Below are positions 25,401 to 37,400 of a stretch of DNA of 64,000 bases, piece after piece. Both the position numbers and the translations under genes were made by a program. The notes under the pieces are model-generated. The model was not told the DNA's origin and ran no database searches. It saw only the letters and a list, made by a program, of their open reading frames with translations. The stretch is from positions 62,001 through 126,000 of the forward strand of contig NIVC01000222.1 in NCBI GenBank assembly GCA_002269645.1. Direction: 5' to 3'. Each line of letters starts with the position of its first letter. Position 1 is the first letter of the stretch. The DNA comes from Macrostomum lignano. Its lineage: Eukaryota.

Positions 25401-28400
25401 GTCAAGGAAGCTTCAGTTCAAGTGGAACAGCCAGTCGATGGAATGGGCGTCTGTGAGATGCTGCCCACATCAGACGGGTCGGTACGCTACAAGGAAGAGC
25501 CGAAGCTCAACGAATGCGCCTCATTCCTGGAAACGACTGTCTTGAGTGAGTCCATTCGAGTAAGCCAGAGTGTGAACGACATGGGCTTCTGTGAGATGTT
25601 GGAGACATCAGACACGACAATGCGCTACAAAGAAGAGCTAGAAGTGAGAGAATGCGCATCGTTCCTCGAGACATCCGTCATGATGGGATCTGTTCGAGTG
25701 AAACAAGAAATAGACGACATGGGCGTCTGTGAGATGCTGCTCACATCAGACGGGTCCGTACGCTACAAGGAGGAGCCGAAACTCGACGAGTGCTTCACAT
25801 TCTCCGAGACCACATTCCTGGAAGGCGCTATCAGAGTAGAGACACTTGTGAAGGAGGCTTCAGTTCAAGTGGAACAGCCAGTCGATGGCATGGGCGTCTG
25901 TGAGATGCTGCCCACATCAGACGGTTCGGTACGCTACAAGGACGAGCCGAAGCTCAACGAATGCGCCTCCTTCCTGGAAACGACTGTCTTGAGTGAGTCC
26001 ATTCGAGTAAGCCAGAGTGTGAACGACATGGGCTTCTGTGAGATGTTGGAGACATCAGACGCGACAATGCGCTACAAAGAAGAGCTAGAAGTGAGAGAAT
26101 GCGCATCGTTCCTCGAGACATCCGTCATGATGGGATCTGTTCGAGTGAAACAACAAATAGACGACATGGGCGTCTGTGAGATGCTGCTCACATCAGACGG
26201 GTCCGTACGCTACAAGGAGGAGCCGAAACTCGACGAGTGCTTCACATTCTCCGAGACCACATTCCTGGAAGGCGCTATCAGAGTAGAGACACTTGTCAAG
26301 GAGGCTTCAGTTCAAGTGGAACAGCCAGTCGATGGCATGGGCGTCTGTGAGATGCTGCTCACATCAGACGGTTCGGTACGCTACAAGGAGGAGCCGAAAC
26401 TCGACTGGTGCTTCACATTCTCCGAGACCACATTCCTGGAAGGCGCTATCCGAGTAGAGACACTTGTCAAGGAAGCTTCAGTTCAAGTGGAACAGCCAGT
26501 CGATGGAATGGGCGTCTGTGAGATGCTGCCCACATCAGACGGGTCGGTACGCTACAAGAAAGAGCCGAAGCTCAACGAATGCGCCTCATTCCTGGAAACG
26601 ACTGTCTTGAGTGAGTCCATTCGAGTAAGCCAGAGTGTGAACGACATGGGCTTCTGTGAGATGTTGGAGACATCAGACACGAAAATGCGCTACAAAGAAG
26701 AGCTAGAAGTGAGAGACTGCGCATCGTTCCTCGAGACATCCGTCATGATGGGATCTGTTCGAGTGAAACAAGAAATAGACGACATGGGCGTCTGTGAGAT
26801 GCTGCTCACATCAGACGGGTCCATACGCTACAAGGAGGAGCCGAAACTCGACGAGTGCTTCACATTCTCCGAGACCACATTCCTGGAAGGCGCTATCAGA
26901 GTAGAGACACTTGTCAAGGAGGCTTCAGTTCAAGTGGAACAGCCAGTCGATGGCATGGGCGTCTGTGAGATGCTGCTCACATCAGACGGGTCCGTACGCT
27001 ACAAGGAGGAGCCGAAACTCGACGAGTGCTTCACATTCTCCGAGACCACATTCCTGGAAGGCGCTATCAGAGTAGAGACACTTGTCAAGGAGGCTTCAGT
27101 TCAAGTGGAACAGCCAGTCGATGGAATGGGCGTCTGTGAGATGCTGCCCACATCAGACGGGTCGGTACGCTACAAGGACGAGCCGAAGCTCAACGAATGC
27201 GCCTCATTCCTGGAAACGACTGTCTTGAGTGAGTCCATTCGAGTAAGCCAGAGTGTGAACGACATGGGCTTCTGTGAGATGTTGGAGACATCAGACACGA
27301 CAATGCGCTACAAAGAAGAGCTAGAAGTGAGAGACTGCGCATCGTTCCTCGAGACATCCGTCATGATGGGATCTGTTCGAGTGAAACAAGAAATAGACGA
27401 CATGGGCGTCTGTGAGATGCTGCTCACATCAGACGGGTCCGTACGCTACAAGGAGGAGCCGAAACTCGACGAGTGCTTCACATTCTCCGAGACCACATTC
27501 CTGGAAGGCGCTATCCGAGTAGAGACACTTGTCAAGGAAGCTTCAGTTCAAGTGGAACAGCCAGTCGATGGCATGGGCGCCTGTGAGATGCTGCAGACAT
27601 CAGTCGGGTCGGTACGCTACAAGGAAGAGCTTGAAGTAAGAGAGTGCGCATCCTTCCTCGAGACTTCGGTCATGGTCGGCTCCGTTCGAGCGAAACAAGA
27701 AGTAGACGGCATGGGCTTCTGTGAGATGCTGCAGACATCGGACTCGACAATGCGCTACAAAGAAGAGCTAGAAGTGAGAGAATGCGCTTCGTTCCTTGAG
27801 ACATCCTTCATGGTCGGCTCCGTTCGAGCGAAACAGGATGTGGAGGACATGGGCGTCTGTGAGATGCTGCAGACATCAGTCGGGTCGGTACGCTACAAGG
27901 AAGAGCTTGAAGTAAGAGAGTGCGCATCCTTCCTCGAGACTTCGGTCATGGTCGGCTCCGTTCGAGCGAAACAAGAAGTAGACGGCATGGGCTTCTGTGA
28001 GATGCTGCAGACATCGGACTCGACAATGCGCTACAAAGAAGAGCTAGAAGTGAGAGAATGCGCTTCGTTCCTTGAGACATCCTTCATGGTCGGCTCCGTT
28101 CGAGCGAAACAGGATGTGGAGGACATGGGCGTCTGTGAGATGCTGCAGACATCAGTCGGGTCGGTACGCTACAAGGAAGAGCTTGAAGTAAGAGAGTGCG
28201 CATCCTTCCTCGAGACTTCGGTCATGGTCGGCTCCGTTCGAGCGAAACAAGAAGTAGACGGCATGGGCTTCTGTGAGATGCTGCAGACATCGGACTCGAC
28301 AATGCGCTACAAAGAAGAGCTAGAAGTGAGAGAATGCGCTTCGTTCCTTGAAACATCCTTCATGGTCGGCTCCGTTCGAGCGAAACAGGATGTGGAGGAC

Positions 28401-31400
28401 ATGGGCGTCTGTGAGATGCTGCAGACATCAGTCGGGTCGGTACGCTACAAGGAAGAGCTTGAAGTAAGAGAGTGCGCATCCTTCCTCGAGACTTCGGTCA
28501 TGGTCGGCTCCGTTCGAGCGAAACAAGAAGTAGACGGCATGGGCTTCTGTGAGATGCTGCAGACATCGGACTCGACAATGCGCTACAAAGAAGAGCTAGA
28601 AGTGAGAGAATGCGCTTCGTTCCTTGAGACATCCTTCATGGTCGGCTCCGTTCGAGCGAAACAGGATGTGGAGGACATGGGCGTCTGTGAGATGCTGCAG
28701 ACATCAGTCGGGTCGGTACGCTACAAGGAAGAGCTTGAAGTAAGAGAGTGCGCATCCTTCCTCGAGACTTCGGTCATGGTCGGCTCCGTTCGAGCGAAAC
28801 AAAAAGTAGACGGCATGGGCTTCTGTGAGATGCTGCAGACATCGGACTCGACAATGCGCTACAAAGAAGAGCTAGAAGTGAAAGAATGCGCTTCGTTCCT
28901 TGAGACATCCTTCATGGTCGGCTCCGTTCGAGCGAAACAGGATGTGGAGGACATGGGCGTCTGTGAGATGCTGCAGACATCAGTCGGGTCGGTACGCTAC
29001 AAGGAAGAGCTTGAAGTAAGAGAGTGCGCATCCTTCCTCGAGACTTCGGTCATGGTCGGCTCCGTTCGAGCGAAACAAAAAGTAGACGGCATGGGCTTCT
29101 GTGAGATGCTGCAGACATCGGACTCGACAATGCGCTACAAAGAAGAGCTAGAAGTGAGAGAATGCGCTTCGTTCCTTGAGACATCCTTCATGGTCGGCTC
29201 CGTTCGAGCGAAACAGGATGTGGAGGACATGGGCGTCTGTGAGATGCTGCAGACATCAGTCGGGTCGGTACGCTACAAGGAAGAGCTTGAAGTAAGAGAG
29301 TGCGCATCCTTCCTCGAGACTTCGGTCATGGTCGGCTCCGTTCGAGCGAAACAAAAAGTAGACGGCATGGGCTTCTGTGAGATGCTGCAGACATCGGACT
29401 CGACAATGCGCTACAAAGAAGAGCTAGAAGTGAGAGAATGCGCTTCGTTCCTTGAGACATCCTTCATGGTCGGCTCCGTTCGAGCGAAACAGGATGTGGA
29501 GGACATGGGCGTCTGTGAGATGCTGCAGACATCAGTCGGGTCGGTACGCTACAAGGAAGAGCTTGAAGTAAGAGAGTGCGCATCCTTCCTCGAGACTTCG
29601 GTCATGGTCGGCTCCGTTCGAGCGAAACAAGAAGTAGACGGCATGGGCTTCTGTGAGATGCTGCAGACATCGGACTCGACAATGCGCTACAAAGAAGAGC
29701 TAGAAGTGAGAGAATGCGCTTCGTTCCTTGAGACATCCTTCATGGTCGGCTCCGTTCGAGCGAAACAGGATGTGGAGGACATGGGCGTCTGTGAGATGCT
29801 GCAGACATCAGTCGGGTCGGTACGCTACAAGGAAGAGCTTGAAGTAAGAGAGTGCGCATCCTTCCTCGAGACTTCGGTCATGCTCGGCTCCGTTCGAGCG
29901 AAACAAGAAGTAGACGGCATGGGCGTCTGTGAGATGCTGCAGACATCGGACTCGACAATGCGCTACAAAGAAGAGCTAGAAGTGAGAGAATGCGCTTCGT
30001 TCCTTGAGACATCCTTCATGGTCGGCTCCGTTCGAGCGAAACAGGATGTGGAGGACATGGGCGTCTGTGAGATGCTGCAGACATCAGTCGGGTCGGTACG
30101 CTACAAGGAAGAGCTTGAAGTAAGAGAGTGCGCATCCTTCCTCGAGACTTCGGTCATGGTCGGCTCCGTTCGAGCGAAACAAGAAGTAGACGGCATGGGC
30201 TTCTGTGAGATGCTGCAGACATCGGACTCGACAATGCGCTACAAAGAAGAGCTAGAAGTGAGAGAATGCGCTTCGTTCCTTGAGACATCCTTCATGGTCG
30301 GCTCCGTTCGAGCGAAACAGGATGTGGAGGACATGGGCGTCTGTGAGATGCTGCAGACATCAGTCGGGTCGGTACGCTACAAGGAAGAGCTTGAAGTAAG
30401 AGAGTGCGCATCCTTCCTCGAGACTTCGGTCATGGTCGGCTCCGTTCGAGCGAAACAAGAAGTAGACGGCATGGGCTTCTGTGAGATGCTGCAGACATCG
30501 GACTCGACAATGCGCTACAAAGAAGAGCTAGAAGTGAGAGAATGCGCTTCGTTCCTTGAGACATCCTTCATGGTCGGCTCCGTTCGAGCGAAACAGGATG
30601 TAGAGGACATGGGCGTCTGTGAGATGCTGCAGACATCAGTCGGGTCGGTACGCTACAAGGAGGAGCCGAAACTCGACGAGTGCTTCACATTCTCCGAGAC
30701 CACATTCCTGGAAGGCGCTATCAGAGTAGAGACACTTGTCAACGAGGCTTCAGTTCAAGTGGAACAGCCAGTCGATGGCATGGGCGTCTGTGAGATTCTG
30801 CTCACATCAGACGGTTCGGTACGCTACAAGGAGGAGCCGAAACTCGACGAGTGCTTCACATTCTCCGAGACCACATTCCTGGAAGGCGCTATCAAAGTAG
30901 AGACACTTGTCAAGGAGGCTTCAGTTCAAGTGGAACAGCCAGTCGATGGCATGGGCGCCTGTGAGATGCTGCAGACATCAGTCGGGTCGGTACGCTACAA
31001 GGAAGAGCTTGAAGTAAGAGAGTGCGCATCCTTCCTCGAGACTTCGGTCATGCTCGGCTCCGTTCGAGCGAAACAAGAAGTAGACGGCATGGGCGTCTGT
31101 GAGATGCTGCAGACATCGGACTCGACAATGCGCTACAAAGAAGAGCTAGAAGTGAGAGAATGCGCTTCGTTCCTTGAGACATCCTTCATGGTCGGCTCCG
31201 TTCGAGCGAAACAGGATGTGGAGGACATGGGCGTCTGTGAGATGCTGCAGACATCAGTCGGGTCGGTACGCTACAAGGAAGAGCTTGAAGTAAGAGAGTG
31301 CGCATCCTTCCTCGAGACTTCGGTCATGGTCGGCTCCGTTCGAGCGAAACAAGAAGTAGACGGCATGGGCTTCTGTGAGATGCTGCAGACATCGGACTCG

Positions 31401-34400
31401 ACAATGCGCTACAAAGAAGAGCTAGAAGTGAGAGAATGCGCTTCGTTCCTTGAGACATCCTTCATGGTCGGCTCCGTTCGAGCGAAACAGGATGTAGAGG
31501 ACATGGGCGTCTGTGAGATGCTGCAGACATCAGTCGGGTCGGTACGCTACAAAGAGGAGCCGAAACTCGACGAGTGCTTCACATTCTCCGAGACCACATT
31601 CCTGGAAGGCGCTATCAGAGTAGAGACACTTGTCAACGAGGCTTCAGTTTAAGTGGAACAGCCAGTCGATGGCATGGGCGTCTGTGAGATTCTGCTCACA
31701 TCAGACGGTTCGGTACGCTACAAGGAGGAGCCGAAACTCGACGAGTGCTTCACATTCTCCGAGACCACATTCCTGGAAGGCGCTATCAGAGTAGAGACAC
31801 TTGTCAAGGAGGCTTCAGTTCAAGTGGAACAGCCAGTCGATGGCATGGGCGCCTGTGAGATGCTGCAGACATCAGTCGGGTCGGTACGCTACAAGGAAGA
31901 GCTTGAAGTAAGAGAGTGCGCATCCTTCCTCGAGACTTCGGTCATGGTCGGCTCCGTTCGAGCGAAACAAGAAGTAGACGGCATGGGCTTCTGTGAGATG
32001 CTGCAGACATCGGACTCGACAATGCGCTACAAAGAAGAGCTAGAAGTGAGAGAATGCGCTTCGTTCCTTGAGACATCCTTCATGGTCGGCTCCGTTCGAG
32101 CGAAACAGGATGTGGAGGACATGGGCGTCTGTGAGATGCTGCAGACATCAGTCGGGTCGGTACGCTACAAGGAAGAGCTTGAAGTAAGAGAGTGCGCATC
32201 CTTCCTCGAGACTTCGGTCATGGTCGGCTCCGTTCGAGCGAAACAAGAAGTAGACGGCATGGGCTTCTGTGAGATGCTGCAGACATCGGACTCGACAATG
32301 CGCTACAAAGAAGAGCTAGAAGTGAGAGAATGCGCTTCGTTCCTTGAGACATCCTTCATGGTCGGCTCCGTTCGAGCGAAACAGGATGTGGAGGACATGG
32401 GCGTCTGTGAGATGCTGCAGACATCAGTCGGGTCGGTACGCTACAAGGAAGAGCTTGAAGTAAGAGAGTGCGCATCCTTCCTCGAGACTTCGGTCATGGT
32501 CGGCTCCGTTCGAGCGAAACAAGAAGTAGACGGCATGGGCTTCTGTGAGATGCTGCAGACATCGGACTCGACAATGCGCTACAAAGAAGAGCTAGAAGTG
32601 AGAGAATGCGCTTCGTTCCTTGAGACATCCTTCATGGTCGGCTCCGTTCGAGCGAAACAGGATGTGGAGGACATGGGCGTCTGTGAGATGCTGCAGACAT
32701 CAGTCGGGTCGGTACGCTACAAGGAAGAGCTTGAAGTAAGAGAGTGCGCATCCTTCCTCGAGACTTCGGTCATGGTCGGCTCCGTTCGAGCGAAACAAGA
32801 AGTAGACGGCATGGGCTTCTGTGAGATGCTGCAGACATCGGACTCGACAATGCGCTACAAAGAAGAGCTAGAAGTGAGAGAATGCGCTTCGTTCCTTGAG
32901 ACATCCTTCATGGTCGGCTCCGTTCGAGCGAAACAGGATGTGGAGGACATGGGCGTCTGTGAGATGCTGCAGACATCAGTCGGGTCGGTACGCTACAAGG
33001 AAGAGCTTGAAGTAAGAGAGTGCGCATCCTTCCTCGAGACTTCGGTCATGGTCGGCTCCGTTCGAGCGAAACAAGAAGTAGACGGCATGGGCTTCTGTGA
33101 GATGCTGCAGACATCGGACTCGACAATGCGCTACAAAGAAGAGCTAGAAGTGAGAGAATGCGCTTCGTTCCTTGAGACATCCTTCATGGTCGGCTCCGTT
33201 CGAGCGAAACAGGATGTGGAGGACATGGGCGTCTGTGAGATGCTGCAGACATCAGTCGGGTCGGTACGCTACAAGGAAGAGCTTGAAGTAAGAGAGTGCG
33301 CATCCTTCCTCGAGACTTCGGTCATGGTCGGCTCCGTTCGAGCGAAACAAGAAGTAGACGGCATGGGCTTCTGTGAGATGCTGCAGACATCGGACTCGAC
33401 AATGCGCTACAAAGAAGAGCTAGAAGTGAGAGAATGCGCTTCGTTCCTTGAGACATCCTTCATGGTCGGCTCCGTTCGAGCGAAACAGGATGTGGAGGAC
33501 ATGGGCGTCTGTGAGATGCTGCAGACATCAGTCGGGTCGGTACGCTACAAGGAAGAGCTTGAAGTAAGAGAGTGCGCATCCTTCCTCGAGACTTCGGTCA
33601 TGGTCGGCTCCGTTCGAGCGAAACAAGAAGTAGACGGCATGGGCTTCTGTGAGATGCTGCAGACATCGGACTCGACAATGCGCTACAAAGAAGAGCTAGA
33701 AGTGAGAGAATGCGCTTCGTTCCTTGAGACATCCTTCATGGTCGGCTCCGTTCGAGCGAAACAGGATGTGGAGGACATGGGCGTCTGTGAGATGCTGCAG
33801 ACATCAGTCGGGTCGGTACGCTACAAGGAAGAGCTTGAAGTAAGAGAGTGCGCATCCTTCCTCGAGACTTCGGTCATGGTCGGCTCCGTTCGAGCGAAAC
33901 AAGAAGTAGACGGCATGGGCTTCTGTGAGATGCTGCAGACATCGGACTCGACAATGCGCTACAAAGAAGAGCTAGAAGTGAGAGAATGCGCTTCGTTCCT
34001 TGAGACATCCTTCATGGTCGGCTCCGTTCGAGCGAAACAGGATGTGGAGGACATGGGCGTCTGTGAGATGCTGCAGACATCAGTCGGGTCGGTACGCTAC
34101 AAGGAAGAGCTTGAAGTAAGAGAGTGCGCATCCTTCCTCGAGACTTCGGTCATGGTCGGCTCCGTTCGAGCGAAACAAGAAGTAGACGGCATGGGCTTCT
34201 GTGAGATGCTGCAGACATCGGACTCGACAATGCGCTACAAAGAAGAGCTAGAAGTGAGAGAATGCGCTTCGTTCCTTGAGACATCCTTCATGGTCGGCTC
34301 CGTTCGAGCGAAACAGGATGTGGAGGACATGGGCGTCTGTGAGATGCTGCAGACATCAGTCGGGTCGGTACGCTACAAGGAAGAGCTTGAAGTAAGAGAG

Positions 34401-37400
34401 TGCGCATCCTTCCTCGAGACTTCGGTCATGGTCGGCTCCGTTCGAGCGAAACAAGAAGTAGACGGCATGGGCTTCTGTGAGATGCTGCAGACATCGGACT
34501 CGACAATGCGCTACAAAGAAGAGCTAGAAGTGAGAGAATGCGCTTCGTTCCTTGAGACATCCTTCATGGTCGGCTCCGTTCGAGCGAAACAGGATGTGGA
34601 GGACATGGGCGTCTGTGAGATGCTGCAGACATCAGTCGGGTCGGTACGCTACAAGGAAGAGCTTGAAGTAAGAGAGTGCGCATCCTTCCTCGAGACTTCG
34701 GTCATGGTCGGCTCCGTTCGAGCGAAACAAGAAGTAGACGGCATGGGCTTCTGTGAGATGCTGCAGACATCGGACTCGACAATGCGCTACAAAGAAGAGC
34801 TAGAAGTGAGAGAATGCGCTTCGTTCCTTGAGACATCCTTCATGGTCGGCTCCGTTCGAGCGAAACAGGATGTGGAGGACATGGGCGTCTGTGAGATGCT
34901 GCAGACATCAGTCGGGTCGGTACGCTACAAGGAAGAGCTTGAAGTAAGAGAGTGCGCATCCTTCCTCGAGACTTCGGTCATGGTCGGCTCCGTTCGAGCG
35001 AAACAAGAAGTAGACGGCATGGGCTTCTGTGAGATGCTGCAGACATCGGACTCGACAATGCGCTACAAAGAAGAGCTAGAAGTGAGAGAATGCGCTTCGT
35101 TCCTTGAGACATCCTTCATGGTCGGCTCCGTTCGAGCGAAACAGGATGTGGAGGACATGGGCGTCTGTGAGATGCTGCAGACATCAGTCGGGTCGGTACG
35201 CTACAAGGAAGAGCTTGAAGTAAGAGAGTGCGCATCCTTCCTCGAGACTTCGGTCATGGTCGGCTCCGTTCGAGCGAAACAAGAAGTAGACGGCATGGGC
35301 TTCTGTGAGATGCTGCAGACATCGGACTCGACAATGCGCTACAAAGAAGAGCTAGAAGTGAGAGAATGCGCTTCGTTCCTTGAGACATCCTTCATGGTCG
35401 GCTCCGTTCGAGCGAAACAGGATGTGGAGGACATGGGCGTCTGTGAGATGCTGCAGACATCAGTCGGGTCGGTACGCTACAAGGAAGAGCTTGAAGTAAG
35501 AGAGTGCGCATCCTTCCTCGAGACTTCGGTCATGGTCGGCTCCGTTCGAGCGAAACAAGAAGTAGACGGCATGGGCTTCTGTGAGATGCTGCAGACATCG
35601 GACTCGACAATGCGCTACAAAGAAGAGCTAGAAGTGAGAGAATGCGCTTCGTTCCTTGAGACATCCTTCATGGTCGGCTCCGTTCGAGCGAAACAGGATG
35701 TGGAGGACATGGGCGTCTGTGAGATGCTGCAGACATCAGTCGGGTCGGTACGCTACAAGGAAGAGCTTGAAGTAAGAGAGTGCGCATCCTTCCTCGAGAC
35801 TTCGGTCATGGTCGGCTCCGTTCGAGCGAAACAGAAGTAGACGGCATGGGCTCTGTGAGATGCTGCAGACATCGGACTCGACAATGCGCTACAAAGAAGA
35901 GCTAGAAGTGAGAGAATGCGCTTCGTTCCTTGAGACATCCTTCATGGTCGGCTCCGTTCGAGCGAAACAGGATGTGGAGGACATGGGCGTCTGTGAGATG
36001 CTGCAGACATCAGTCGGGTCGGTACGCTACAAGGAAGAGCTTGAAGTAAGAGAGTGCGCATCCTTCCTCGAGACTTCGGTCATGGTCGGCTCCGTTCGAG
36101 CGAAACAAGAAGTAGACGGCATGGGCTTCTGTGAGATGCTGCAGACATCGGACTCGACAATGCGCTACAAAGAAGAGCTAGAAGTGAGAGAATGCGCTTC
36201 GTTCCTTGAGACATCCTTCATGGTCGGCTCCGTTCGAGCGAAACAGGATGTGGAGGACATGGGCGTCTGTGAGATGCTGCAGACATCAGTCGGGTCGGTA
36301 CGCTACAAGGAAGAGCTTGAAGTAAGAGAGTGCGCATCCTTCCTCGAGACTTCGGTCATGGTCGGCTCCGTTCGAGCGAAACAGAAGTAGACGGCATGGG
36401 CTCTGTGAGATGCTGCAGACATCGGACTCGACAATGCGCTACAAAGAAGAGCTAGAAGTGAGAGAATGCGCTTCGTTCCTTGAGACATCCTTCATGGTCG
36501 GCTCCGTTCGAGCGAAACAGGATGTGGAGGACATGGGCGTCTGTGAGATGCTGCAGACATCAGTCGGGTCGGTACGCTACAAGGAAGAGCTTGAAGTAAG
36601 AGAGTGCGCATCCTTCCTCGAGACTTCGGTCATGGTCGGCTCCGTTCGAGCGAAACAGAAGTAGACGGCATGGGCTTCTGTGAGATGCTGCAGACATCGG
36701 ACTCGACAATGCGCTACAAAGAAGAGCTAGAAGTGAGAGAATGCGCTTCGTTCCTTGAGACATCCTTCATGGTCGGCTCCGTTCGAGCGAAACAGGATGT
36801 GGAGGACATGGGCGTCTGTGAGATGCTGCAGACATCAGTCGGGTCGGTACGCTACAAGGAAGAGCTTGAAGTAAGAGAGTGCGCATCCTTCCTCGAGACT
36901 TCGGTCATGGTCGGCTCCGTTCGAGCGAAACAAGAAGTAGACGGCATGGGCTTCTGTGAGATGCTGCAGACATCGGACTCGACAATGCGCTACAAAGAAG
37001 AGCTAGAAGTGAGAGAATGCGCTTCGTTCCTTGAGACATCCTTCATGGTCGGCTCCGTTCGAGCGAAACAGGATGTGGAGGACATGGGCGTCTGTGAGAT
37101 GCTGCAGACATCAGTCGGGTCGGTACGCTACAAGGAAGAGCTTGAAGTAAGAGAGTGCGCATCCTTCCTCGAGACTTCGGTCATGGTCGGCTCCGTTCGA
37201 GCGAAACAGAAGTAGAGGCATGGGCTTCTGTGAGATGCTGCAGACATCGGACTCGACAATGCGCTACAAAGAAGAGCTAGAAGTGAGAGAATGCGCTTCG
37301 TTCCTTGAGACATCCTTCATGGTCGGCTCCGTTCGAGCGAAACAGGATGTGGAGGACATGGGCGTCTGTGAGATGCTGCAGACATCAGTCGGGTCGGTAC

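Noticed and set aside
17076-31652. Identity with titin/obscurin or with secreted flatworm adhesive proteins
   Set aside because: No Ig/FN3 Trp-Tyr signatures, no signal peptide, and no vWD or lectin domains were seen; the head is an intracellular plakin module.
35830-37220. Programmed ribosomal frameshifting in the repeat array
   Set aside because: No slippery heptamer or stimulatory structure is evident; the breaks are simple deletions relative to sister units, increasing toward a garbled region.
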